A stretch of DNA of 57,909 nucleotides, from assembly GCA_001938485.1 (NCBI GenBank), contig MQRK01197785.1, positions 1-57,909 on the forward strand, read 5' to 3'. The notes below the pieces were generated by a model, which did not search any database, was not told the origin of the DNA, and was given only the letters and a program-made list of their open reading frames with translations. A program made the translations under genes and the position numbers. This DNA comes from Girardia tigrina (taxonomy: Eukaryota). This document shows positions 26,400 to 40,747 of the stretch, one piece after another (the stretch's first letter is position 1; each line of letters begins with the position of its first letter).

Positions 26400-27195
26400 T
26401 TTTATTGAAATTTGAAGTTACATAAAGTGCGTCAAATGTTCCTCTTGAAGCCCGATAACAATTCTTACTCCTAAACACAAGGATGTTACTGCAGAATTTA
26501 CTCATTTTATTTAAAAAAAGTATCCTCCTGAAATCGAAAAAGCTTCACACCTTGCTCCACCTTATTTTGCACGACATTGGTCTAAAAATAGGCAAACATA
26601 ATTTTTTTCATACCTTATGTTAGGATGACTTATATAAACAATATGAATTTTGTAAAGTTTGGTGAAGAATCGCCGGATTTTCCATATTGAATTTTTATGT
26701 AGTGATAAAGCTTGCTTCAAACTTAATTGACATGCTAACATACTGTTAAATCCTTGTTGTATTTTTGCAGCGAAAGTCAATGTTCTTAGAGTCACAACCT
26801 GAGCTAGAATAATCAACAAGAAATGCACACCTTTTCACTACGTCAAAGATGTTCAACAATGGCTTAATCAAACTTTTCTGGATATTTTTTTGCTCCTGGA
26901 ATTAGTTGAATGATTTGCTACACGCCGGGAGCTGACACCACATGAGTGGAGAGTTTTAAGGAATCCGGTTTATACTTATAGGATCTTCTAAAACAAAATT
27001 TTTAGCCCGAAGGGAACAAAACTTCTGAGAGAACTTGCCAAAAAATCATCACAGGGCTATCATAACATGACGTGATTGGATTGGAATCCAATGTAGATAT
27101 TTGGAAGATTAATACTAAATATACCAATCGAATTTGTTGTTTTAAATATCTGTATCTTATTTAAATTTGGTGTTCATTAAGGTTGCCCCCCCCCC
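26400..27195. mobile_element. Rearranged DD41D-like transposase relic (N-terminal part on minus, C-terminal part on plus)
   Basis: Minus: SIWKI...LYKIHIV; plus: PFHYVKDVQQWLNQTF...ELTP; both heavily decayed. Confidence 0.4.
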
Positions 27196-29139
27196 ATGAA
27201 ACAATTGAATTTTGAGTTTATTGCGAAATCACTTTACTTTCCATTTTTTAGTTTACGAAATTACTTTTCAAGAAAACTTTGTCTTAATTGACTTGAAAAT
27301 GTCAAATAAAGTTTGTAAATTGATAAAAGTAGATCGACTGTAACTAACCAAGTATATTATCTCGATAAACGTAACTGACGATATACCTTTATGCTATAAT
27401 AATGAGTATTTAAATAGTAAATAACTTTATTTGAGGTAATGATTAAGTAAAAATGATCAAATAACCAACATACAATAAATTACTGTTAAAAATATTATCA
27501 TGAACGAAAGAGATAAAAGTAACAAATCAAAATCAGACTAATAGGAAGTAATAGGCTGTAGAGTATAAATAATAACCGAAAATTAATTACTTCAAAATCA
27601 ACACAAATCTTTTAAAATGATCGTTAAGTCTAGGTCGTAATGCCGTTTGATGAATTACAGTTGTCTTGGCTTTTATAATTGACGAATTCTTGAATAATTA
27701 TTGACAAAGTTCTCGTTAAAATATTAGGCGATATCTGAGTCAAAACTTTCAAAAAGCAATATTGTCAGACTTCTGATGATTGACATAGAGTCAGTATCGC
27801 GGTAGATATTGATCGAAGTTATCTGTTTCGATTGACAAATAAAAATAATTTCAATTGGGAAAAAGGATAGGTACAGTAGGATAAACTTGAAATTTGACGA
27901 GACAGGTAATAATAAAAGTCAACACGTGAATGATAAAAAAATATTATTTCTGACGATCGATTATTCGATCAGTAATTTAAATTTTGCATTTAAAAGTCAT
28001 CTTGACGATATCAAGTCAACAAGATGAATTATAAATTAAATAACAAAAAAAACAATTATATGATAATAATTTATATATAAATAATAATAAAAATATAATC
28101 ATCAAATATAATGGTAAAAATATATGCTTATTTTATTATAAATAAAATATATTAATAAATTATTTAAAAGTTAATTTTTAATATTTTCATGTCAATCTAT
28201 TTCAAAATTTAAATTTTAACTTTATGGAACAGTCGCTGTACTCATTAGTTTATATTCTGTGACGATAAAATATTTTTTACTTTTCATTTTTAACACGTAC
28301 GTTATATTAATAAACTTTTATTTCTTTTTTTGAATTAATCAATTAAGCGTAGTATTTTTATCTTTTTAGTGAAAATATTGCAATAAATTTTTGTTTTTTT
28401 GTTGAAATTTCAATAAATCATTTTATATGACTTTTTTTATTTGTAATAAATAATAATTACTATTTAATAAATTTTTATTGAATTCTTTTAAAATAATTTA
28501 TATATTTTAGAAACGTATTGAATTTCTTGAACATTAATTAATGTATTTTGTGAAATGCAAATCAATTATAATAATTGTAACAATTTTGGGTAATTTTTAT
28601 TAACATTTGTATCATTAATGTCAAAGTAAAAATGAAATATAAATATTTGAAGATAAACAAATAATGTTGAAGTCACATTTATACCATAAAATTGTTAAGA
28701 GAAAAACCAATTCCCTACACTACATTAATATTTTTTATTAATTTTATTAATGAAATAAAGGATTATTGATCAATTCTACAATTATGTATTCTTAAAAATA
28801 AAAATAATTTTTACTTATTCTGGTTTAAAGCTGTTCATTCCGATGTACAGTTTGTCAGTGCCGGACAAGATCCTCTCATTGATCTGAAATTAAGTCATTT
28901 TGGGAACCCTGAAATAATACACAAATTAATAATATTATAAAATCTTTATTTCAGTAGTTTACATTGTTGGGTTCTTGATCAATATTAGAATTCATAACAC
29001 CAAAAATTTATTAATAACACAAATAACAATCATTTAAACAATTTTTCTTGAGGAACTTTTGTTTTCTTTTTTTTGACCAGATTTCTTATACATAAAAAAT
29101 ATGGAATTATAAATAATGATAAGCTATTTATTAAAATGA

Positions 29140-29495
29140 AATTTTAGAAATTATTATTTTTATTATTTACAATTCAAAAATGTAAAACTATTATTTTTTT
29201 ATTTTAGAATTACAATTCTCAAAATTAAAATACAAAATATTATTCTTATTTTAGAAATAGACTTCAAATTTGAAATACAAAATATTATTCTAGTTCAGAA
29301 TTACAATTCTCAAATTTAAAATACAAAATATCATTTTATTTTAGAATTACAATTCTGAATTTTAAAACACAAAATATTATTCTATTTCAGAATTACAATT
29401 CTGAATTTTAAAACACAAAATATTATTCTATTTCAGAATTACAATTCTGAAATTTAAAATACAAAATATTATTCTTATTTTAGAAATACAAAAAT
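29140..29495. repeat. AT-rich minisatellite, ~46-bp unit (TTTAGAATTACAATTCT...AAAATACAAAATATTATTCT), about 7 copies
   Basis: Tandem copies visible directly. Confidence 0.85.
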
Positions 29496-29728
29496 ATTAG
29501 CAATATTTAAATTTATTATTATTTAATAGAGATTATTTACAAAAATTAATTATTCAAAAATTTAAAGAATGAGCCCGTCCTTCACATACATAAATACAGA
29601 TAAGATGAATTCAGCCTTATAAATGAGTAATAATTTTAGGTTTTCCTGAAATAAACATTTACTGATACCATTAATTCCGTTTGTGATAACTTCAATAGTC
29701 CCCTTCAACTACTGAATACACTGTTGTA

Positions 29729-31061
29729 CGTGGTTGAAGCATTAAGTCCCCGGACTAAGTATACAAGAAAAATCATAGGCATTTCATATATATTCTACAA
29801 GTAATAACAAACATGTAAAGGTTTAATTCTCAATGTAAGAACCATTATTGGTCATGCACTTCTCCCAGCGTACCACTAATTCCGAAAAGGCATCTTTGGA
29901 GAAGTTTAAGTCACATTCAGCAAAGAAATTCATAACTGCACCTCTCAATTCTTCATGGGATTTAACGTTTTTGCCACGAATCGCCTTCTTCAGGTGCCGG
30001 AATAACCAAAAATCACTTGGTGCCAGGTCATGACTGTATGGAGGATGACGTACGAGGTTGAAACCTCCATCATCAATAGCCGCTATGGAAAGGTCACTTT
30101 TGTGAATTGGTGCGTTGTCTTGCAATAGCCACAGTGGTGAGCCTCTAGGCTTCCTACACAGTGATCTGGTTTCAGCAACAAGTGAGACATAGTTTCAGTT
30201 CCATATTTCAATTCCATAAACATATTCAGTTTCACTGTTTTGTCTACGAAATCCAGTTTTGTGACACCATCACCATCCCAAAATACAGTCAGCATAAGAC
30301 ATCGCCGATAGCTTGTCCCGGACCTCATTTTCAGTGCTAGTTTTTCATTTGGAAGGTGCCATTCTGAAGATTCTCTTTTGCTCTCGGGTACTTAGAGGCT
30401 TAGCGGTGTCTCATGTACAGTGACAATGTTAGATAGATATCGTTGTCCATGTTCTTGCCACAAATCCTGGTTTTGTTGAGAACACTGCAAACGTGCCTCG
30501 CACATCTCTCTCGACAGAAATCGTGGCACAAGCGAGATGCCAGCTTCCTTATTCCAAGGGATTTCAACACCTCACATGCTTTCCCTTCACTGATGTTCAG
30601 GCTAGCTCCAAGAGCCTTTACAGTGATTTTTCTCTCTGTTTTGATGATTTCCTCGCAACGCTTCTCTAATTTGTCTTGATCGATTTCCACTGGTCGTCGT
30701 GGTCTCTTCATCAAAAGCAGTTGTCGTTCCACGTTTAAACTGGGCAATCCAATCATAAACTGTCGCTTTAGAGAGACAATTTTCCCATAAACATCCCTTA
30801 ACTGCTTGATAATTTCCTGGCTGTCTACCCTTCGCAGCACAAGAAATTTAATCACACTGGGATACTCAACAGGATTCATTTGGAAAAATGACGAAATGTG
30901 TGAAATTTTGTTTCCATGCCTGTAGAACAAGTAAACACAATGATGCAATAAAAAAATTGCACTTTCATTACCTATAGATATTATAGTTTAATACCCCAAA
31001 AATTCACTAAATTATATTTAATGCTTTCTATCTATTCCGGATAATTAATGCATCAACCACG
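29729..31061 (-). mobile_element. Full-length but frameshifted mariner transposon (1333 bp) with TIRs and TA target duplication
   Basis: TIRs CGTGGTTGAAGCATTAAG.../...AATTAATGCATCAACCACG with TA on both sides; MLTVFWD, QDNAPIH, HPPYSHDLAPSDFWLF motifs. Confidence 0.92.
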
Positions 31062-31189
31062 TATTTCCAACATCAGCTAAATAACGGAGTTCTATAATTA
31101 ATATCAATTAACATTTCGAATAGATTTCTATACAATACTTGACTAAAATGATACAGGTTATCGGTCAAATATCGATAATAAGAATTTTG

Positions 31190-31630
31190 GAAATTAAAAT
31201 CGTTAGTCCCAAAACAGGAATAGCTCAAAACTGCAGCTCCATAAGGTCTGTACATTTCTGGCACCTGATCGCTGATGACTATTTAATCAATAATACTCAT
31301 CTAAAGCATATTAAGATAGGCCTCTTCCCCACGGCGGAAGCTCATGCGGCACTTACTATAGTCGGGAGCTTAATTGATGTGTCATACAAGTACTCAACTG
31401 ATTATGGGCCCTGTCATTACGTGTTTCCGTAATACCCCTCAGAAAGCGTTGTCTTTAACAGTAGTGGTTTGTAAGCCCATGCTACTCATACTCACTAGGC
31501 AGCATACTAGTAAGGTAAGCTTCGGACACTTTAGCTCTAAAAGTTTCCCCTCTAGTTTCCCAGGGACACCGCGTGAAGGTATGCGCGTCTGGCTTAACAC
31601 AGGTTACCAAAGTAACATGTTCCCATATTA
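31190..31630 (+). mobile_element. Possible extreme C-terminus and structured 3' UTR of an RLE-clade non-LTR retrotransposon
   Basis: IAQNCSSIRSVHFWH loosely resembles the terminal helix of NeSL/R2-like ORFs; followed by ~330 bp of GC-richer hairpin-rich sequence ending CCCATAT. Confidence 0.3.
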
Positions 31631-34600
31631 AGATAATGGTTTTCAGCACTTATTTTTATGGTACTTCATAAAATTATATAACTTAACCACATAAATTATG
31701 TGGTCTCAATATATGCCCATTATCTCATGATGATCATTTTATTTAGCATATATTTATAATAAAAGGTAACTGTATGGGCCCAAAAAGTCACTAGTTATCA
31801 TAGAATTTTAGCAAGCTTTTCAAGTCGACAATTCAAGTATTGTATGTCAATTCAATGAGAAGGTACAACTGCCTTTGTACAATAATTTGTAAGAAGTAAT
31901 TGTAGATTTTGGAATTGTTGAGTATTCTGATACAAATACATTTGGACTTTGCTTTAAAGTATTCTGATATATTTTTGGATCTCATTTATTGAATCAGATT
32001 TTAAATGTTGGGCTCGTAATTTAAGGATTTAAGTTAAAAATTATACTTTACTAAAACTAAAATAATAAAAAAATATTGATAATAAAACACGTAATAAAAT
32101 TTTTTTTAAATTAATTTTTAATTTTTTTTAATATATTATCTATAAATTTTTTTATTAGAAAACCCATAAAAAACTCATTTTACATATTTAAATATTTCTA
32201 TTTAAAATTATTTTACGATAATTTTTATTATTAAAATAAACATAAATGACAAATAAAAAAATATTTTATCAATTTAAATTTAGACGAATCTTTTCCAGTC
32301 AGATTAAATATAATTTCTTTCATTTTAATTCGAGATCAGAAGATTGTTTTCATTGTTTTTTATATCTTTCAAAAGATTTAGCCTTAAGGATTGACTATTT
32401 AAATTGAAAATTTTCATGTAATATTAACTTTGTCGAAATGCCTTAAATATTTCTTAAAATATCTTCATTGTTTGTCTTTTTGTTAAAATTGAGTTTGCAA
32501 TAATATTACTGAAAAATAATAATAAGTAACTTTTGTTTTATTAAAAAAAATGTTTAATATCAATAAGGGCTACTTAAACTTTTCTCCTTTTTTAAACATT
32601 TCTTTCCTTGCAATTGTAATGTTTCAAGTTATTTCAACCATAGTTTTCATTAGAAAATAAAAATTATTATTTTTGTAAATAGACCTTCTCTCTTTGCTCT
32701 ATTTGTTTGGATCTAAAGTTTTACAAGTGACACAAATTAGAAAGAACTATCTGCTTTTTTATGATCGTTTTGAGGTAACGTAATTATTAAATCTTCCTTC
32801 GTAAGTTCTGTTCTACACCTAGCTAATTTTGGTCGATAGCTATGTACCTATCTTTTCTTTAGTAGCAAAGAATTTGTGTTTGGATTGTAATTAATTCTTA
32901 TGTTTTATTATTGTTATTTTTTATTCTTTTTATTATGTCATTAAAGAATATAATAATAATAATAATAATATATAATAATAATTAAAAATTATAGAAAATT
33001 AAAAAGTCAATGAGATAAAAAATCAAAAATTTAAATTGGATATAATAAAGAAGAAAGTTTTAACTGGATTATCCACCCTAAATTCCGGGAATCTTTTTAG
33101 TATGAAAACCGAACGATTTATTTACAATGTTTTCCAAAGTCAATCAACACTCAAATAGAAAAGAATTAATTCCGTTACTCAACCGATCATTATTCGTAAT
33201 AAACTACAGAAATCTAAATATCCCCGCTAGTAACTTTCAGTTCGTCAAAATTTATCATCCAACGCAAAAAAAACTATATCACAAAAGAAGAATCGAAAAC
33301 CTTTGGAAAAGATATTCTCAGGGATCATTTTCAAATTAAGTAACATAACTACATTTATCTCCCACTGTTTCTTTTTATAATCGTATTGATTCTTCATATA
33401 ATCTTTTGTCAGTTCATCAGTTTGTTTCATAATATATGCTGCTAATAATCACGATTTTATCATTTCGGTAAATTCACTGAACTCGTCCGAGATTGTTTTA
33501 TACCATTAACAATAATGTTATGTTATTTTATATTATTTTATTGTTCTCTTTTATTTTATTGACTCCAAATTCAAGATGAAGTAATTGTTTGAGTAGTATA
33601 TTTTAAAATATTCTAACAATGTAAAGTCTATTATTGTAAAATTTTATATACACACTAAATTAATTGTATCTAAAATATTCGAAAATATTTAAGTAATAAT
33701 CTTGATAATGTCTTTAATTTAACAATTGATTCCCAGTAATATTTTTAGACTTAGTTTTTTTGACTTCAACATTAAAACGTTTTGAGTTTTTTCAAGAAAT
33801 TATTAGATCTAACTAATGATTATGTATCACTTTTAGTTGTCTTGATTCAACTCTTTCAAGATGCACTCAAATCGCGGCACCACTGAGTCAGGATGTTTCT
33901 ATGTTTTTGAGTAAAAAAAAACATTGATGACCAAATATTAATAATTTCAAATTATTTATAATAATATACATAGAATGTTTTAGCTAAAATGAAATTTTCC
34001 AGAAAAAATTTATTTTCAAATATTACTTCATAGCTCAGTTTAAAATGCAAACATATGTAAGTTTTGTCTTAATAGAGTCAATATGTTCCAGATGAATGAG
34101 TTTTACAAAAGTCTTATTTAATCGACTTAATCATAAAACCGTTGATGCATTCTTTAAAGAGGTTGTTTCAAGGTAAAAAGTAACTTCAAAAGAATTCCAA
34201 ACATTTATTGTTTTCAATAAAGATAAAGCAAAAGTAAAATGATTTTTTTTAAATTAAGTATTTTTGAAATTATTCTGTTTACATTTTTGATTCAAGATTA
34301 CATAGAAAACTTTTATCTTATTGTTGATAAACAATAATATAGAAATAAAAATGATTTTTAAATAAAAGATTTTAAATACAGATTTCTGTTGTAGTTATAT
34401 CTATTTTATTATCATACTGATAGTTATTAATAAAAATATAACCATATTAACCATGATGAGAAATCATTAAGAGACCAAATGATTTAAATATTACTATATT
34501 TTCTCTATTAATCGTCTCTTGAGGTTGTAAAACGAACATCGAAAGAACAGTAACTATAATGAAATGTAGTTATATATGTAAGCAGAATCAGACATAAGAA

Positions 34601-36335
34601 CAATTAATTAATTTATTTAAATCTAACATAAACACTTTGAATATTCCAACAACGTCCCAATATTTCTATTGATAGTTCAGGAGCACTTGTAATAATATTG
34701 TAATAATAATATTCAGTATATAAATATATATACATACCCGCCGAAAGTAATAAATCAATATATTTTAAAAATTGCGTCCTGAATTTTTCAATTTTTATTT
34801 TATTAAAATATTTTAATATTTTTTAAAACTCACTGAAATTATTATGAAATAACACTTTACCATTTCCGACATTTATTATATATTTCCATCATGTTGAAAT
34901 GATTAATTATTTTACAAAAATTATTACAAAATATTTTAAAATATTTTTTATATAATTACATTCTTAACAAAGTTCCTTAAATCTAATATTCAATAATTTT
35001 ATTAATCTAAATTGAAACAAAAATAAGTTTGATAATATTAACTTGTTTTCAATGAATTTCAATGAACAGAAAAAAATTGAAAAACAAATAAATTTGAAAA
35101 GTGAAATTGATTTTAAAAATTGATTTTTAAAAAATTATAATTCTTAAGAACGTTAAAATAAATTTACTTTTAATTAAATTTTTTTAAAAGCAGAAATAAT
35201 TGTTTAATTAGAGACTCTTTATTTCTCACAACAATAATTATTACTTTAATGGAAATTATATTATTTTTTAATTTAAAAATCAATTGCATTTTTATATGAA
35301 AATGATATAAAAATTAAAATGTAAATTTCATATTCATTATTTTTATAAACTAAAATTATATAGTAATACAATGTGGCAATTAAAGGGTAGAGGTTAATAA
35401 GACTTCTATTAAATTTTGTAACCGAGGGAGGGTGTAAATACCTGGCTAATTTATGACAAACTGGTAACGTAACTATATAAATTACTTAGATTATTTTAAT
35501 TTGTACCAAAATAAGTTCGACGATAGTCCGTTAATTTTGAAGTGCTTGAATTAAAACTGCTTCAAGTTTCGAGTAATTTCAATTTCATTTAAAAATCTTA
35601 ATTTGATAAATCTATATATGAAACCTATAATGATTAACTATGACATTTTCACATGTGTAAATTCCTTAACTCTTCGGAACTTAAGTAAAATAACTTGGAA
35701 GTCAATTACACTTCATTTACACTTCACATTTCTGCTCTTTAATGATTTAGCAAAAAGTAAATTATAAAATTTAACATAATATTAAAAAAAATGTTTTTTG
35801 ATTAATTAAAATATATTAATGTATTACGCAACTTTAAGCTGTATTACAGGGGGAGGGGAGGGGCCCCTTTTGAGCTACATAACACACTTTCTAAATAACC
35901 CTTTAAAATTATTGCATTATCCTACTAAGTTCATCCGGATATTTTTAATATAATCGTGATTTTTTAAAGTTAGAAAGTGAGGAGCATACAAATCAGTACA
36001 TTTTATAAATCGTAAAATTTCATGATTCGAATTTCTGCAAAAAATTCCGTAGCAGCATTTTTGCAGTGGTAAAAGACCGCTCTAAAACGGTGGATATTTC
36101 CTCAACTTTGTGTAATTTAAAAGGAAAGTTTCTCATTTTGTCACAAATCATTACAAGCTAGAAAGCTAAAAAACATTAAATTTCGCGTTACGTATTAAAT
36201 GAACGGCCCCATATACCATCTTTTTACTTCATACAATACTCCTCGTGCAAAGCAATTTAATTAGCAACAATTTCGGAAAACGATAATTTTTTCATGAAAA
36301 TCTTGATTCTATCTCTTACCATTGTCTGAATTTTT

Positions 36336-36771
36336 TTACAAGCATTTATTACGTTTCATTTGTTTGTCTGGCTGGATGCATCAAATCTTGCGATCGAAAT
36401 TTCACACACTTCCCGTTCACCTAGCAACATGAAACTTTCAGGACTGATGTATTCTAGGTGAAAATACACTTTTCCATGAAACTGTTTGAGAAAAAATAAT
36501 TTTTATTAATTTGTTTTGCAAAAAACCACTTACGATTATCTACAAATTTATACACTGTATTACATAACAATCTTTTCGTTTATTTTCATGAATGAAATTA
36601 AAACTCTATCTAATTACCAAATAATTATTACAAGCTTTTATTACGTTTCATTTGTTTGTTTGTCTGTCTGGATGCATCAAATCTTGCGATCGAAAATTCA
36701 CCCACTTCCCGTTCATCTAGCGACATGAAACTTTCAGGACTGATGTATTCTAGGTGACAATACACTTTTTC
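36336..36771 (-). repeat. Two tandem ~140-bp cores of a Helentron/DINE-1-like non-autonomous element
   Basis: 36336-36473 and 36628-36771 nearly identical; (TGTC/TGTT) microsatellite and CTTGCGAT core shared with the 48430-48575 element. Confidence 0.6.
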
Positions 36772-38934
36772 ACTGTCACTGCTCATGTCACTGCCTTTAG
36801 TTTGGCCGCAAAAAGTAATTAAAGTGTCGTTCTCATGTTTTCCTCAGTAGTAGGCTTTGAAATTTACTACATCTAAATGCAAATAGAAAGCGGGTTTTCG
36901 CCTAATAGGCTTTGATAATTCAGTCAAAAAATTGTGGGAAGTGGGGATGAAGATACAGAACCGCAAACATATGACAAATTATAAAAGCTCGTACACCAAA
37001 AAATTTTTTGGTATGATATTATTCAGTAACGCTTTTCTCTATAATAATTTTTTAATAACTTCAATAGAATCTTGAGTTTTGTTTTAAAAAAGAAATGCGG
37101 TAAAATTATATAAATTATTCAAATAATATTTAAATTATTAAAGGAATTTAAAAAGAAATTATAAATATAAATAAAAAACTATAAAACAGTATTAAATCTG
37201 TCGAAAGTATAAAATATTTCAATCTCATTTTCCTTATTTTGATCTTTTATTTCGCCAGAATTGATATAATTCAACTTTATGATAGTTTCAAAAAAATTAC
37301 AGGAACTATTATATCAATACAATAAAATTAAGAGGAGAGCCTTCCATCTTCTCTTTTGTCCAAACAACCCAAGTTAAAGCTGTTATTAATAATATTTTAT
37401 TTTTGTTTTATTCCCTGATTATATCCTGTTCGCTATTGCAATAATTTAATATCTTCGATGATTGATTTTCAGTTTTGCTTGAAATTATTTATAATATCAT
37501 AATTATTAATTATATCTTCGTTCATAATTTTGTCTTAGTTCAATTGTATTTGTTTTCCAAAGTTTCTTTCATCAATTCCTCAACAGTCCTATTCTATGAC
37601 TTGTTTTTGTTTTATATTTTGATTTATTTCCTTCATTATTCTTTTTAAGCAACCAACGGCCGCATTAGTACATATATGGGTGACCGATAGGAAAATATCG
37701 GGGCCATTGACTATAGGTCAGGTCAGGCAAGTTGTCTGCTACAGGTACTACGTAAACTTGTAATACCTGCTTCATGGTCGAATGGTTGGCGACTAAACCG
37801 GCTCCCTCATCTTGAGCAACCTGGGTGAAGAGGCTGTGTGGACACCTAGTAGGATGAAAAACAAAACTTAACAAAGGGTGGATGAGCTCCTTGAAGCCAA
37901 CGGCCATCCATACATGGAGAGGAAATAGGCGCCACCAGGTTCCCTGCCTACTGAGACACTCAAAAATATACAAAAACCAAGCCATATATGCTTGTGCATA
38001 ATTCAGTGCATCCACTGTCCAAGGGATACGGTTCCAAAAAAATTTTTTTTAGTGTGACGTTTACATGCTTGACTGTGTATCCCGGTTTCAAACATTCTAG
38101 ATCGAACTGAAAATAATTTACAATTTAATTGGTATAAAAGACCGATAAATGTAAATTTTGGTCAAATTTCATAAAATATGCATACGTAAATATAATTTAA
38201 ACTATTGTTTACATTATTTTTTGCTGAAATAATACCATTTGTACATTTGTAGAAGACCATATGCAAGTCAGAATTACAACCCTTGCAGTATTATTTGCAT
38301 TTTAACCAATCTCGAATTAGAGACGTTAATTACTTTCATTTTATTATTAAGATGTGAATTTATTTTTGGAACATGTGAATTAATTTTCATAATGTGAATT
38401 CTTTTGTTTTGAAAAATGTGAACTAGTTCGTAGCAAATAGCACATTTTCCATGGAAATACTGCACTTCTTCAAGACTACATGTAATCAAATCAAAATCAA
38501 CAAACAAATATTATTGTAAAACTAACACTATTGTTTATTTGCCTGACACGTGAATTATTCAAAGAAATGTAAAATTAAAATAAGATTATTTTGATCATCA
38601 ATGGTCATAGAAAATCTTAAAGAAATCCAATTTTTAATTCCATAAATTATTAAGTATAAATGTCTAGAAATAAGTCTCTATGCATAAGAAAAAAATATAT
38701 ATCTGGCGCAAATACAGGGATTAAGAAGATGCTAAAACTTTTGGATCTTGTAAAAATTCCGTCCCTTAAATTATACTTTTTAAAGTTCTGCCACTAAAAT
38801 TACTTTTATAAAGCTTCTGCCACCAACACAAATGATTTTAAAAAATAAAAATAAATAATTTAACATAATTTAATAATGTAATAAATAACATCAAACCAAA
38901 AGTAATAAACATTTTTTTTGATAAAAATCTTTTA

Positions 38935-39650
38935 TTAAATTCTAAAGGTTTTGCAAAAATCTCCCCTAAAGTTATCTCTCCACATAAATTCAGTTAAATA
39001 GTACTGTAGAAATTCCTGTAATGGGTTCCAAAAAGTTAGCTGAATGATTAACGTTATGGTGTTCATATTCGAAAACGTCAAAATTAATATAGGCCCTCCT
39101 TTCATCCCTATGAATAATGAATCCTGAAACAACTACTTCTTAAATAATACATCCATTAAAAGGAAAAAAATAATGTATCCACAATTCTAAACACCCAAAT
39201 TTGGTCATTAGGAACTCTACCTCAATAATATTTTTGCTTATGGCAAAATAAACTTTCATCAATTTGACGGACTACATTTTTACCACCCAGTGTAACAGGA
39301 TTAATATCAAAGTATCTTTTGATAATCATAAATATTTAAAATACATAATCATAAATATTTAAAAATGTGGGTTAATGTACATCTTGATATAGTCAAAGAT
39401 TTTAAAGTTAAAACTATAGACTCTTCATTTGATCATATGCAGAGAACATCTAACAAAGTTCTTAAACTTATCTATAAAATGACCAGCAAAGAACCCGTTC
39501 TTAGAGTCAAGGTTGTCTTGTATTTAGAACGAGTTTTTATTTGGCATTTCCAGACATATTCGTCCAAGAACGTTTCCTTCTTAGTGCATACCATTTTAAC
39601 CAAATTAAACCATTTAAACAAGTTTATTAACATCTTTATTAAAAATTAAA
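38935..39650 (-). mobile_element. Merlin/IS1595 (ISXO2-like) transposase relic
   Basis: LGGKNVVRQIDESLFCHKQKYY*GR...QIWVFRIVD, HHNVNHSANFLEPITG and YYLTEFMWR motifs. Confidence 0.8.
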
Positions 39651-40747
39651 CTTTAATTAGGTGATATTAATGGATAGATCTTCGTCAATGCTGTTTAACT
39701 TTAAATGTATAAAGTTCTTAGGGACAATATCCGTGCACCTATTGATAAAATAGGCAATCAATTATTCAAAGGTGTCATGTAGAATATTTTAAAAGTTGAC
39801 ATTTTTTAAAAAAACTGGCATTTTTCTTAATATCTTGCATTAAATTTGTTGTAGCTATTCTTAACAAAGCTTTTGAATGTGAATCATTTAACCTTGATCT
39901 TGAACTTTTATTTAGATTAATCAAAGAAAGAGTTTTTTCAAGTACATAAGGTGAGTTAAGAATTACTAAATATTTCTTGGCAAGTTTTTTTAAATTTCTG
40001 TATTGGCAGTTATTAAACTTCTAGTAAAAATAGTACAAATTTTCTTGATCGTCTCCATATAAGTCATGTAATAATTTATCACATTGTAAATTATTATTTG
40101 TAGTTATATATCAACTGGAACGTCATCTACATGTATAGAAAATGGATTTATAATGTGTAAAAGTTTATAAATTTTCTCAAAATAATCAAATCGATGCTCG
40201 AAATCTGTCATTGGTGCAACGATGTTGTTATTGAATTCTGGAACCTTTTCTCTTGAAATATTAATCACTGACGAAATAAAAGCATTTATTGGGCCACGGA
40301 TCTTATCTTGGCTATGCCTAGTCTAAGTACTTAAACTCAGTATCCATTGCATCATCAACTGGTAGAACAGTACAAATTTTGAAAAATAACTTTTAATGCA
40401 GTCTTCTTTTGAAGAAAAGTAGATCGAAACCAGGAGTTAATTATATAAGAAGGGAATGAAGTGACTGAGACCATAAAAAACCATTCTCTCACACAAAAAT
40501 TTTAAATTAATACAAAGAAACTTTAGAAATCTCTCAGCTATATGTTTCTTTAATTTCAAAGGCACTTGAGATTACGAAGAAAAGACTAAAAAGAGGCTAT
40601 AACCAGTTCAAACAGAATATCAGAAAAAAATATAAAGGAGATAAGCAAACCAGATTTATTCTTTGTTGACGAAACAGAGTTTCTGCTTTAAAAATTAAGT
40701 TTTATGAAAGAAGGCCATATCTTTCAACAAAAATAAAATTGGTTGTC

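Noticed and set aside
28810-28915. GC-richer patch with splice-like ends
   Set aside because: Minus-strand frames contain stops or lack similarity; no partner exons found
33060-33510. Decayed minus-strand frame (WYKTISDEFSEFTEMIKS*LLAAY...), possibly gag-like
   Set aside because: Multiple stops and no diagnostic motif; cannot be classified by eye
35848-35870. G-quadruplex candidate GGGGGGAGGGGAGGGG
   Set aside because: Only three clear G-runs and no functional context
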